Shown here piece by piece: positions 63,330 to 64,000 of a stretch of 64,000 nt of DNA. Position numbers and translations under genes: made by a program. The notes below the pieces were generated by a model. The model made no database searches, was not told the DNA's origin, and saw only the letters and a program-made list of their open reading frames with translations. The stretch's first letter is position 1. Each line of letters opens with the position of its first letter. The stretch is from Carcharhinus longimanus. Its lineage: Eukaryota. The stretch lies in NCBI GenBank assembly GCA_030264375.1, contig JASCQW010000081.1, forward strand, positions 93,164,923-93,228,922. Direction: 5' to 3'.

Positions 63330-63704
63330 TGGGCCACTTACGATTCAAATATATACAGAGGACATCTTCCAATTCTGCATGACTGACCACACATATATCC
63401 TTTAGGGCTCGTCACGTGGGTATTGGTAAGGGATCGGGGTGTGGTTCCAAATTTAACTAAATTCCCTCCCGTAGGTTTTAACCAAACTCCCTTGAGCATT
63501 GTACTTCTAGCTATACTGTTTGTCCAACTCCTATGACACGCACGTGCTTATGGCCCAATTTACTGTTCAAATCGGTATTAGCCCTTCATTACCTTAAGAA
63601 TGGCCGTCACATGGGACAACCTGCCCCTTAATTCAGGCTTAGAGAGAATGTTCGAGGATATTGGGTTGAAGGTTCGACCTCGGAGCAACGCATCACTTAT
63701 CAAA

Positions 63705-63722
63705 GGACAGTGTCGGGTGCCA
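63705..63722 (-). promoter_or_regulatory. Primer-binding site (TGGCACCCGACA...)
   Basis: TGG starts 2 nt after the LTR end ...ACAACA; resembles tRNA-Lys/Arg-type PBS, exact tRNA not assignable. Confidence 0.65.
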
Positions 63723-63724
63723 AA

Positions 63725-64000
63725 TGTTGTACCTTTAATACTCATACACTTTCGACTAGTTTAATTAAATGTTTACCTCGATTTCCTTATTTACAAGATG
63801 CACAAAGGACAAACGCAAATAATAGCTCAATAAGTTTATGAAAAAAAAACACGATTAATCCTTAAATTACTCATATAAATCAAGACAATACCCGGAAATC
63901 AAATATACTACCCGCAAATATGGTTTAGTTATCTGCAGGCCCGATTCCATGAGAACCTCTGGTCCGTCTCATGAAGGTGAGTCTCGATGGCAGTTTCTTG
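63725..64000 (-). repeat. 5' LTR (3' portion; continues beyond the window)
   Basis: Ends in CA on the minus strand next to the PBS; homologous to about 57225-57480. Confidence 0.8.

Larger units (their letters stand above)
57225..64000 (-). mobile_element. Decayed LTR element / endogenous retrovirus-like provirus: LTR-PBS-gag-env-LTR, no pol
   Basis: Direct repeats from about 57225 and 63725 (ccttatttacaagatg.acaaaggacaaac, ctgcaggccc, gagtctcgatggcagt); PBS; gag and env remnants; runs off the window end. Confidence 0.85.

Noticed and set aside
1-64000. Prokaryotic systems (CRISPR arrays, operons, defence islands)
   Set aside because: No long ORFs or repeat-spacer arrays; the content is vertebrate retroelement-rich intronic DNA

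Overview
Eukaryotic, repeat-rich draft-assembly DNA with four 100-N gaps, most likely from a cartilaginous fish (shark): it carries HE1/V-SINE-type SINEs and many CR1 LINEs. None of the listed ORFs is an intact host gene; the recognisable ones are decayed retroelement fragments (CR1, L2, Penelope, DIRS-like, Gmr1-like). Two things stand out. (1) On the minus strand, hidden from the ORF track, is a chain of about 20 candidate micro-exons (18-36 nt, multiples of 3, AG/GT-bounded, open in phase 1) spanning about 56.0 kb to 1.7 kb. They join into a Leu/Lys/Glu/Gln-rich coiled-coil-like peptide, and one three-exon cassette occurs twice with mostly synonymous or conservative changes. (2) At about 57.2-64 kb is a decayed LTR element with gag (CCHC knuckles) followed directly by an F-type envelope gene and no room for pol. 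All calls were made by eye; repeat boundaries are approximate.
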